Shown: positions 55,102 through 63,175 of the stretch, piece by piece
How positions within the stretch are numbered: the stretch's first letter is position 1
Layout of the letters: each line of letters opens with the position of its first letter
NCBI GenBank assembly: GCA_965277565.1
Contig: OZ255838.1
Span: forward strand, 63,423-127,422
DNA length: 64,000 bases
Direction: 5' to 3'
Source of the DNA: Granulicella sp.
GTDB lineage: Bacteria > Acidobacteriota > Terriglobia > Terriglobales > Acidobacteriaceae
Made by a program: the position numbers and the translations under genes
The notes under the pieces: generated by a model
The model's input: only the letters and a program-made list of their open reading frames with translations
The model's database searches: none
What the model was told of the DNA's origin: nothing

Positions 55102-56091
55102 TTATGTGGGATTCAACTGCAGCGGCTCATCCAGACTGAAGTAGATCGTAGTGTCTGCCGGTAGCTTCTCCTGCTGATCCTGCTTGAGCCAGACCACGGT
55201 GCCAATCCCGGCACCGATGCCGGCGCCGACCACCGCCCCCACACCGCCGCCGACAACGGCGCCCGTGACGGCCGCAGCTCCGGTGGCGAGGCCGAGCGCC
55301 GCGGCGGTTTCCCTGGGATGACCCTTGAGCTGGACGGCGCCTTCATCCGTCACGCGGCTATCGCTGTAGTCGTCGATGCCGGAGACCGTGGCACGCAGTG
55401 GATAGACCGTGCCGTCGGGCAGGGTGACGCTCTGCGGCTGCAGGCGAATGGAAGCGGGGCCGCCGATGCGCTTGCCGCCGTGCACCGCGGTGACGCGACC
55501 GTGCACGATCGAGCCGGCGGGCAGCAGGACTTCGCCGGAATGGCCTGCGTCGGCGAGCAGTTCGGCGGAAAAGGCTTTGCCCACCACGGCGGTTTCCGTT
55601 GAGAGGGACTCCTTCAGGCGCGCCTTCAGAACGGTGCCGCTGTTGAGCTCGTGCGGCGAGTACGCAACCGAGGAGACGATGCCATCGTCGTCATCGGCCA
55701 GCTCTCTGCGCTGCGGCTGCGCGCTCGCGGTCTGCACAGGGGCATAGGTCGAGGCCGTGGGCTGGCGCACGATGAGCGCGGGCATAGCGGCCGTTTGACC
55801 GCCGGCTGTCCCAGTGGAGGGATCACTGATCTGCGGCACGGCGCCAGTGGCTGGATAGCTCTGCTCGTTGATGGATGTGTTGGCTTGCACGGGCGTGCTG
55901 TCGGATGCGGGAGTGTGCGAAGGTTTGACGTAGTGGTCCGATTGCTGCGGCGTGTCAACGTCGTTGAGCCGGTCGGGGTGCGCGACCCCGGTGGCTTGTC
56001 CGAGAGCGGAGACCGTCAGCAAGGGCAGCGCGAGGAACGGAAGTACCGGCTGCAAGATCCTGAACTTTGTGAACTCCTTCTTGAACTCCAT
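55102..56091 (-). CDS. hypothetical secreted/membrane protein with a C-terminal glycine-zipper segment
   Basis: Signal peptide (LPFLALPLLTVSALGQA), a disordered Ser/Thr/Pro/Gln region, a beta-rich core (LNSGTVLKARLKESLSTE...VLLPAGSIVHGRVTAV...VTLPDGTVYPL) and a Gly-zipper (GLATGAAAVTGAVVGGGVGAVVGAGIGAGIGTVVW). The core pattern loosely recalls VirB10/TrbI-type barrels; not established. Confidence 0.45.
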   Translation of the reverse strand: MEFKKEFTKFRILQPVLPFLALPLLTVSALGQATGVAHPDRLNDVDTPQQSDHYVKPSHTPASDSTPVQANTSINEQSYPATGAVPQISDPSTGTAGGQTAAMPALIVRQPTASTYAPVQTASAQPQRRELADDDDGIVSSVAYSPHELNSGTVLKARLKESLSTETAVVGKAFSAELLADAGHSGEVLLPAGSIVHGRVTAVHGGKRIGGPASIRLQPQSVTLPDGTVYPLRATVSGIDDYSDSRVTDEGAVQLKGHPRETAAALGLATGAAAVTGAVVGGGVGAVVGAGIGAGIGTVVWLKQDQQEKLPADTTIYFSLDEPLQLNPT

Positions 56092-56232
56092 GGATACACT
56101 TTCTCCCGAAGGCGCGAGAGCGCCGTGTACTGCAGGATAGTCCCCAGGGATGAGGAAAGTCTCAGCGGCCTGTGCGTTGAACCAGAAGGGGCAATGCTGT
56201 TTGTGGTTCGCGGGTGGGTGTGGCGGAAGAAC

Positions 56233-56255
56233 GCAGATTTCCTACGGGAATGACA
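56233..56255 (+). repeat. short-form hairpin repeat (diverged)
   Basis: GCAGATTTCCTACGGGAATGACA followed by AGCAAAAATTACAAG. Confidence 0.7.
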
Positions 56256-56280
56256 AGCAAAAATTACAAGAACGACGGAC

Positions 56281-57423
56281 TCAGAGTGTGGCGGCGGCGA
56301 TTACTTTTTCGTAGAACGCCTCGTAGTGCGGGATGATCCGCGAGGCGCAGAAGTGCTGTTGGGCGGTGGCGCGTGCGGCTGTTGCCATGGTTTCAAGCCT
56401 TTCGGGATCGGCCAGCAGCGTCCTTGCGGCCCCGGCCATGGACTCTACGTCGCCGACGGAAAATAAAAGGCCGTTGACGCCGTCCTCGATGAGTTCGGGC
56501 ACGCCGCCTACACGCGTGGCGATTGCAGGAACGCAGCAGGCCATGGCTTCGAGCGCAGCCAGGCCGAAGCTCTCCATCTCGCTGGGCATGAGCATGAGGT
56601 CGGCGAGCGGAAGCAGCTCGTGGACGCCTTCCTGCTTGCCGACGAAGTGGCAGCGGTCGAGCACGCCGTGGTGTTTGGCGAGGTATTCGGCGGCGGAGCG
56701 GTCGGGTCCATCGCCGATCATGAGCAGACGCGCTGGCATCTGCTTCGCCACGCGAGCAAAGACCTCCACGGCATCGAGCACACGTTTTACCGGCCGGAAG
56801 TTGGAGAGGTGCACGAGGAGGCGTTCGTCGGGATTTGCGAACTGCGGGCGTTGTTTGGCGACGAGCTCGGGGCGGCGTTCATACACATCGCAGTTGACGA
56901 AGTTGCGAATGACCTCGATCTCGCGCTGGATGTTGAAGGCCTCATAGGTGCGCTCGCGCAGGTGCGCGGAGATGGCGGTGACTCCGTCGGAGCGCTCGAT
57001 GCCGTAGCGCGTGATCGGCAGATAGGAGCGGTCCAGGCCGACGAGCGTGATATCGGTGCCGTGCAGCGTGGTGATGAAGGGCAGCTTGATGCCGCGGACG
57101 GCGAGCATGTCCTGCGCGAGCAGTGCGCTGACGCTGTGCGGAATGGCATAGTGGACGTGGAGGATGTCGAGCGAGTAGATCTCGGCGACCTCGGCCATGC
57201 GGGTGGCGAGCGCGAGGTCATAGGGCGGATATTCGAAGAGCGGATAGTTGGAGACTGGAACCTCATGATAAAAGATGGAGCCTTCGCGTCCGGTGAGCCG
57301 GAAGGGCTGCGAATAGGTGATGAAGTGCACCTGGTGGCCGCGCGCGGCGAGCTCGATGCCGAGCTCGGTGGCGACGACGCCGGAGCCGCCGTAGGTGGGG
57401 TAGCAGGTGATGCCGATCTTCAT
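56281..57423 (-). CDS. bshA: N-acetyl-alpha-D-glucosaminyl L-malate synthase (GT4)
   Basis: ATG at 57423. MKIGITCYPTYGGSGVVATELGIELAARGHQVHFIT, LHVHYAIPH, TTLHGTDITLVG, HLSNFRPVKR and ESFGLAALEAMACCVPAIATRVGGVPE closely follow Bacillus BshA as I remember it. Confidence 0.85.
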   Translation of the reverse strand: MKIGITCYPTYGGSGVVATELGIELAARGHQVHFITYSQPFRLTGREGSIFYHEVPVSNYPLFEYPPYDLALATRMAEVAEIYSLDILHVHYAIPHSVSALLAQDMLAVRGIKLPFITTLHGTDITLVGLDRSYLPITRYGIERSDGVTAISAHLRERTYEAFNIQREIEVIRNFVNCDVYERRPELVAKQRPQFANPDERLLVHLSNFRPVKRVLDAVEVFARVAKQMPARLLMIGDGPDRSAAEYLAKHHGVLDRCHFVGKQEGVHELLPLADLMLMPSEMESFGLAALEAMACCVPAIATRVGGVPELIEDGVNGLLFSVGDVESMAGAARTLLADPERLETMATAARATAQQHFCASRIIPHYEAFYEKVIAAATL

Positions 57424-57451
57424 GGGCTGGCTCGTCTCTTCACGTCTCGTT

Positions 57452-58402
57452 CTACGGCTCGGAGCGGGTGTTTGCCAACGCCCGCTGGACAAGATTTTTC
57501 ACCTCTGGATCTCGGGCTCCGTCCACGAGCTCTGCGTAGTTGATGAGTTGCAGGGGCTGCGGTTGCGGCTGTTTGTCCTCGCCGGGCCGCGGTGCGCGCA
57601 GAACGGTGAGCAGCGCCTTGCGCTCGATCTCACGCGAGTCGCGCAACCGGGTCTGAATGGATTCCAGATCGCGGTCGCTGTAGCCGGGATGGCAGACGAG
57701 CTCCCATGTGCCGCGCGGCACCGCAGCGATAATCTGTCGCAGCGTGTCGCGGTTCAGGTGGCCGGTGGCGGAGATGCCGATCGTTCCGCCGGTGGTGTGC
57801 ACGGCTCGGCTGCGAAATTGCGGCAGGGCGAGGAAGCGGCGATGGAAGAGCCGGGTGGCGGCGACCGCCATCCAGCGCAGTGCGCGCGTCTGCCCGAGGC
57901 GCACACTCCAGGGCTCTTCAAACGGATTGCGCACGGCTCGCACACCCAGGTCCTCCGCGGCGGCGAGCAGCGGGCGCGCGATCCCCGGCAGCACGTGCGT
58001 GTGTTTGTGGGTGTCGAGGTGGGTGACGCGGATACCGGCACGCTGCAGCACCTGAATCTGTGCGGTGATCTCCCGCTGGAGTTCGTTTGAATTGATCTTT
58101 CCGGTGAGAGCGGCGCGCAGAAATTCATTCAGGGTTGGGCGAAAGCCGCGGCCGTCTTCGCCGAGCAGCGTGGGGATGCTCTCAGGGGGTGAGACGGGAG
58201 TGCCATCGGTGAGGACGATGTGACAACCCACGCCGAGTGCCGGGTTCCGGTGGGCCAGCTCCACGGCGTGCTGAAACGCGGGTCCTGTGGCCATCAGGCT
58301 GGCGGAGGGGAGCACGCCGACGGCATGCAACTCGGCGATGGCGAGGTTGATGCCGCGAGTGAGGCCGAAGTCATCGGCGTTGACGATCAGCCTGGGGAGC
58401 AT
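57452..58402 (-). CDS. ChbG/HpnK/YdjC-family carbohydrate deacetylase
   Basis: MLPRLIVNADDFGLTRGINLAIAELHAVGVLPSASLMATGP and GVGCHIVLTDG are YdjC-family N-terminal motifs. The stop is 28 nt upstream of bshA. Confidence 0.8.
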   Translation of the reverse strand: MLPRLIVNADDFGLTRGINLAIAELHAVGVLPSASLMATGPAFQHAVELAHRNPALGVGCHIVLTDGTPVSPPESIPTLLGEDGRGFRPTLNEFLRAALTGKINSNELQREITAQIQVLQRAGIRVTHLDTHKHTHVLPGIARPLLAAAEDLGVRAVRNPFEEPWSVRLGQTRALRWMAVAATRLFHRRFLALPQFRSRAVHTTGGTIGISATGHLNRDTLRQIIAAVPRGTWELVCHPGYSDRDLESIQTRLRDSREIERKALLTVLRAPRPGEDKQPQPQPLQLINYAELVDGARDPEVKNLVQRALANTRSEP

Positions 58403-58516
58403 GGCGTTACAAGCACCAGGGAACGGAAGCGGTGTGCGCGACTGCGGTTCCCCCCATGCAGTGTAGCGGAGCCTGGGTGGAGGGGATGCTGTGGAAGTGG
58501 GGCTGTGGAAGTGGTT

Positions 58517-58746
58517 TAGGTAGTGTCTGTGTGAATCATTTTTTGCTTTTCGGAGATAGGTCCGGGCTTCAGCCCGGACATGGAGTGCGGAGAAGAACGG
58601 GGCTTCAGCCCCGGGTTTTGCGCTGGCACCGGAGAGAACCCTGGGCTAAAGCCCATGATTTGGCCCTCCTTTTCGTGGGGCTGAAGCCCCACGCTCCCTC
58701 CCCATCCTCCTCGTACGCTGACCTTGGTTCACACAGACACTGCCTA
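58517..58746. mobile_element. MITE-like non-autonomous element (230 bp) with 20-bp terminal inverted repeats
   Basis: The left end TAGGTAGTGTCTGTGTGAAT (58517..58536) matches the reverse complement of 58727..58746 (TAGGCAGTGTCTGTGTGAAC) at 18 of 20 positions. The outermost TA on both sides could be a TA target duplication. The interior holds four hairpins (TCCGGGCTTCAGCCCGGA, CGGGGCTTCAGCCCCG, TGGGCTAAAGCCCA, GTGGGGCTGAAGCCCCAC). No coding capacity. Confidence 0.65.
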
Positions 58747-58760
58747 GGGTGAACCCGCGT

Positions 58761-59159
58761 TCAGCGTTGATATTGCTCGTCGCTGACGTGCTCCATCCAA
58801 TCCACGACCTTCCCGTCCACTCGTTCCTGAATGGCGATGTGCGTCATCGCCGTGGTCGGGGTAGCCCCGTGCCAGTGCTTTTCTCCCGGCGCGAACCAAA
58901 CCACATCGCCGGGATGAATTTCGTCGATCGCTCCGCCTTCGCGCTGAACCCATCCGCAGCCTGCGACGACGATCAATGTCTGTCCGAGCGGATGCGTGTG
59001 CCAGGCGGTACGCGCTCCGGCCTCAAACGTGACGCTGGCGCCTGCGACAAGCGCGGGGTCAGGCGCCTGGAAAAGCGGGTCAATGCGGACAGTGCCAGTA
59101 AACCAGTCTGCCGGACCTTTGCCGGACGGCTGCGAGCCAACGCGTTTTATTTCCATCAC
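58761..59159 (-). CDS. cupin domain-containing protein
   Basis: 132 aa. Cupin metal motifs [15 protein letters not shown] and [17 protein letters not shown]. Confidence 0.8.
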   Translation of the reverse strand: MMEIKRVGSQPSGKGPADWFTGTVRIDPLFQAPDPALVAGASVTFEAGARTAWHTHPLGQTLIVVAGCGWVQREGGAIDEIHPGDVVWFAPGEKHWHGATPTTAMTHIAIQERVDGKVVDWMEHVSDEQYQR

Positions 59160-59178
59160 TCGATTCTAAAGCCTGGAC

Positions 59179-59210
59179 AAGGGCATGTAGGGCACGGCTG
59201 AAGTCGTGTC
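59179..59210. repeat. copy of the AGGGCATnTAnGGCACGGCTGAAG hairpin repeat
   Basis: AAGGGCATGTAGGGCACGGCTGAAGTCGTGTC; compare 48286..48318. Confidence 0.7.
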
Positions 59211-59232
59211 GGGGAAAGGCCTAATTCGGAAG

Positions 59233-61923
59233 TTAGTTCGGAAATGTGTGCCGGATGCGCACGGTGCGCTCGAGCTCGTCATTGTTTTCGAGTACCTTGA
59301 GGCGCAGATCGGGATCGATGCCGGGCTGCTTCAGCCACGTCTGCACGATCGCTTCAGCCTCGGGACTACCCTGTCCGTTGAAGAAGGCGCCGAGCCACGC
59401 GCCGAGGTAGAAGATCTTACGATCGCGTTTGATCTCGGGCAGCTGATCGAGCGCGCGGCGCAGATACGGTTCGGTCAGTGCGGATTCGTTCCAACTGTTG
59501 AAGGGATGGAGGCTCTGGGTAAGCCAGTCTTCGGGCTTGGCGTGGGGATCCGCGGGCGGCAGCAGGTATTGCGCGAAGTATCTTTGCTTCGTGGCGGCGT
59601 CGGGGGCCGCGGCCTGTGCGGCCCAGGCGTTCTTGGGGCCGTCGCCGGAGTGATCGCGTCCCAGTTCCGCTGTGAGCAGCGCGGGAGCCTCGGAATCGTT
59701 GAGGGAGACGAGGCGGCCGACCAGACCCCAGCGATCGAGGGGACGGAGATCGACGCCGGGGATGGTTGTTTTGCCGGCCAGAAGCCCCTTGAGGGTTGCG
59801 CGGGCGGCGGGTGTTTCGGATACGGCGGTTAAGGTGCGGAAGCTCACGATGCGGATGCCGATCTGCGGCGCGGTGAGCATGCGCTGGGTTGCAATTTGTT
59901 CGAGCTGCGGGACGTACGCGGAGCGGCCATGCTCGGTCATGTACATCTGCAGCGCCGTGGTGGCGTGTGCGCCCTGAATGCGGGCGAGGGTTTCGTCCTG
60001 TTCATGGGGAAGATTCGTGAGAACGAGTTCGACGTAACCGCGCGGCGACGATTTTGCGACGCGAACATTATCCCAAAGCGCTCCCCAGAGCATGGAGCGG
60101 AGCAGCGGCTCGGGAAAGTACCTTCGGCTCGACTGCGGCGCTTCGACCGCGACGACGCGTGTATCGGGTTTTGGGATCAGCAGCTTGCGAACTTCCTGTT
60201 CGCTTCTGCTGTCCAGAAGAAAGCGGCCGTAGGCTTCGTCGCCTGCATTGGCGAAGACGTAGCCGGGACAGGGCTTACCCACTGCGGCGCTGACGATGGT
60301 CTCGGCGGTGTTCCAATCGGCACGAACGGTCTCCCCGGAGGTGCCGAGCACGATCTCGTTCGACATGGGCCAGATAAAGTTGTCGGGGAGCACATCACGT
60401 TGGCTCAGCTTCAGCTCGGTGAGTTTTCCCTCGGAGTTGCAACTCCACGACACGTTGACCTCGGGCATGCCGCGACGCAGCACCCAGGCATCGGCCCAGG
60501 TGCGCACATCTTGTCCACTCGCGGTGTGGAAGGCGTTAATGAGGTCGGCCCACTGCGCGTTGCCATAGGCGTGCTGCGCGAGGTAGAGCCGCAGGCCGTT
60601 GCGGAAGTTGTCGGCGCCGAGGCGGAACTCGAGCTGCTTCAGGATCGCCGGCGCCTTCTGGTAGACGATGGCGCCGTAGGCGCTCTTTGCGTCGTTGAGG
60701 TTGGGGATGTTCTGAAAGATCGGCGTGGTGCCGGGAGTTTCGTCGATGCCGTAGGCGAGCGGCTTGATGTCCTCGTAGAAGTGCTTCCATGCCTCTGATT
60801 TTGGTTCGAGCGAATCGAGGCAGCGATAGGCCATGTACTGCGCGAAGCCTTCTTTGAGCCATAGGTCATCGAACCAGCGCATGGTGACGAGATCGCCGAA
60901 CCACTGGTGCGTGAGTTCATGCAGCGTGAGGATATTGCGGCGAAAGCGATCGCTTTCCGTAGGAGCGGAGCGGAAGAGAACGCCGTCTTCGTTGAGGAAG
61001 GTTGCGCCCGCGTGCTCCATGCCGCCGAAGGGGAAACCGGGGATGAGCACGAGGTCGTACTTGGGGAAGGGGTACGGCTGCTGGAAGTAGTCGGCCAGCC
61101 ATGCCATGCCGCGGGCGGTGATGCTTTGCAGCTGCGGGATCTCGGGCTCGGCGCGTTTCAGCTGCGATTTGCGAACATAAACGTCAGGTTCGCCTGGGGT
61201 GTGGTGCACGTTGACCCATGGACCGGCGGCGAAGGCGAAGAGATAGGTGGAGATGGGCTTTGTTTCGGGGAAGCTGGTTTGGCTGATCGCACCGGTGGTC
61301 TCGATGCGTGTAGGAGCCGTGTTGCCGATAACCGTCCAGTCGGTCGGCGCAGCGGTTTTCAGGGTGAAACGGGCCTTCAGATCAGGCTGATCGAAGCACG
61401 GGAAGGCCATGCTGGCGTCCATGGGAACGAAGAGCGAATAGAGGTATTCGTTGCCGTCGTTCTTGTCGGTGTAGCGCGTGATCGCGGCACCGGCAGCCGC
61501 AATGCGCGAGGTGAAGGTGAGCTCGACGGCATTGTCACCGGGGTGCAGTTGTGATGCAGGCAGCGTGAGATGGCCGTCGGTGAGCGTTGGCGTGAGCTGT
61601 TTGCCGTTGAGGGTTGCAGAGGTAAGTGTGCCTTCACGATAGTCGAGCGGCAGGTCTGCATTGGCGCCGGTTGGTTTGAGCGTGAAGTGCACGGTTTCGC
61701 TGCCGGGCATGGTGTCGGCTTGGGGTGCGAGCGTTAGATGGAGATCGTAATGAATATCGGAGACTCGAGCGGCGCGGTTTTGTGCAAGCTCGCGGGAGAT
61801 ACCGGGGCCGGGTTTGGTCTGGGCCCGCATCGCTTGTGAACCGGCCAGCGCCATCAGGAGAAATGCGATTGCGCGTACGCGCACGCAGGCGAATGGATTA
61901 CGTTTCAACCGTGCATTCAGCAT
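59233..61923 (-). CDS. pepN: M1-family aminopeptidase (aminopeptidase N-like), secreted
   Basis: GGMEHAG (GxMEN-type) and HELTHQWFGDLVTMRWFDDLWLKEGFA (HEXXH-18-E). The ATG at 61923 gives a signal peptide (MLNARLKRNPFACVRVRAIAFLLMALAGSQAMRAQ). The ORF track start is 61974. Confidence 0.85.
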   Translation of the reverse strand: MLNARLKRNPFACVRVRAIAFLLMALAGSQAMRAQTKPGPGISRELAQNRAARVSDIHYDLHLTLAPQADTMPGSETVHFTLKPTGANADLPLDYREGTLTSATLNGKQLTPTLTDGHLTLPASQLHPGDNAVELTFTSRIAAAGAAITRYTDKNDGNEYLYSLFVPMDASMAFPCFDQPDLKARFTLKTAAPTDWTVIGNTAPTRIETTGAISQTSFPETKPISTYLFAFAAGPWVNVHHTPGEPDVYVRKSQLKRAEPEIPQLQSITARGMAWLADYFQQPYPFPKYDLVLIPGFPFGGMEHAGATFLNEDGVLFRSAPTESDRFRRNILTLHELTHQWFGDLVTMRWFDDLWLKEGFAQYMAYRCLDSLEPKSEAWKHFYEDIKPLAYGIDETPGTTPIFQNIPNLNDAKSAYGAIVYQKAPAILKQLEFRLGADNFRNGLRLYLAQHAYGNAQWADLINAFHTASGQDVRTWADAWVLRRGMPEVNVSWSCNSEGKLTELKLSQRDVLPDNFIWPMSNEIVLGTSGETVRADWNTAETIVSAAVGKPCPGYVFANAGDEAYGRFLLDSRSEQEVRKLLIPKPDTRVVAVEAPQSSRRYFPEPLLRSMLWGALWDNVRVAKSSPRGYVELVLTNLPHEQDETLARIQGAHATTALQMYMTEHGRSAYVPQLEQIATQRMLTAPQIGIRIVSFRTLTAVSETPAARATLKGLLAGKTTIPGVDLRPLDRWGLVGRLVSLNDSEAPALLTAELGRDHSGDGPKNAWAAQAAAPDAATKQRYFAQYLLPPADPHAKPEDWLTQSLHPFNSWNESALTEPYLRRALDQLPEIKRDRKIFYLGAWLGAFFNGQGSPEAEAIVQTWLKQPGIDPDLRLKVLENNDELERTVRIRHTFPN

Positions 61924-62194
61924 CGATTCTCCTGTTTGTCTCCCAAGTCTTTCTTGAGCAGTTCTGTGTGGCATTCAGTTTCATCTCGGCCGGAGCGCAG
62001 CGGGATGCAGAGACCTGCGGTCGGCTGCCGGCTGCCCAAAAACCTTCGCGCAGGTCTCTTGTATCAGTTATCTAACAGCATTTTCTTCTAAGGAAGATGC
62101 CCGGGCACCAACGGCGTTGGCTTTGAGGCTGGCCGGATGCTATGTTTTCCCCTGAGATGGACGTCCAGAGCAGGCAGTGGACCCATGGGGATGT

Positions 62195-63175
62195 ATGACG
62201 CAACGAGTTTCAGTGCAGGGGTGGGCCGCAGGCGGGAAATACACCGAACTGGGTGAGGTCTTCGGCGCGATTGCCGTTGCCGCAGCGCAGATCGCCGGCA
62301 AAATCAGGTTAGCCGGCCTGGATGAGATCTACGGCGCAGCCGGCGCCACCAATGTGCAGGGAGAGCAGCAGCAGAAGCTCGATGTCTTCGCAAACGACGT
62401 CATGACCGAGCATCTGCGCGCTTGCAGGGGCGTTCTGGGTCTGGTGAGCGAGGAGGACGATGAGCCTGTCCTTTTCGATCGTGGGCCGGGAGCCGCCGAA
62501 AGGCATTTTGCGCTGAGTTTCGATCCCTTGGATGGCTCTTCGAATATCGATGTTAACGTCAACGTAGGCACCATCTTTGGCGTTCGTCTGGTCTCCGGCG
62601 AGAGTAAAGACCTGACGCAAGCCGTGCTGCGACCTGGATCGGAGCAGGTTGCGGCCGGATACGTTTTGTACGGTCCGTCCACGGTCTTCGTTGCGACGAT
62701 CGGGGACGGTGTTGCGGCATTTACGCTGGATGACTCTGGCGAATTTGTGGGGAGCGCCGAACGGCTGCGGATGCCGGAGCAAGGCATCTACTACTCGGCC
62801 AATGAGTCCGGCGTGGCGAGCTGGCCGGGTCCGTTTCGCGAGTTTATTCCGGCGCTGCTGCGCGGTGAGCTTGGCGGAAAGCCGTACAGTGCGCGCTACA
62901 TCGGCAGCCTGGTGGCGGACTTCCATCGCACGCTGCTGAAGGGCGGCGTTTTCCTGTATCCGGTGACGGAGAAGGCTCCCCAAGGCAAGCTGCGGCTGCA
63001 GTATGAGGCCAATCCGCTGGCCATGATCGCGGAGGCCGCTGGAGGCGCCGCGATCGACGGATCGGAGCGGATTCTGGAGCTGCAGGCGACGGGAATTCAT
63101 CAACGCACACCGCTGGTTGTGGGCAGCCGCCGCGAGGTGGAACTGCTGCGGAAGCTCGTGCGGGAGGCGCGGTGA
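62195..63175 (+). CDS. fbp: class 1 fructose-1,6-bisphosphatase
   Basis: LVSEEDDEPV, FDPLDGSSNIDVNVNVGTIFG, ARYIGSLVADFHRTLLKGGVFLYP, EANPLAMIAEAAGG. ATG at 62195 (GTG at 62177 is also possible). Confidence 0.9.
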   Translation: MTQRVSVQGWAAGGKYTELGEVFGAIAVAAAQIAGKIRLAGLDEIYGAAGATNVQGEQQQKLDVFANDVMTEHLRACRGVLGLVSEEDDEPVLFDRGPGAAERHFALSFDPLDGSSNIDVNVNVGTIFGVRLVSGESKDLTQAVLRPGSEQVAAGYVLYGPSTVFVATIGDGVAAFTLDDSGEFVGSAERLRMPEQGIYYSANESGVASWPGPFREFIPALLRGELGGKPYSARYIGSLVADFHRTLLKGGVFLYPVTEKAPQGKLRLQYEANPLAMIAEAAGGAAIDGSERILELQATGIHQRTPLVVGSRREVELLRKLVREAR

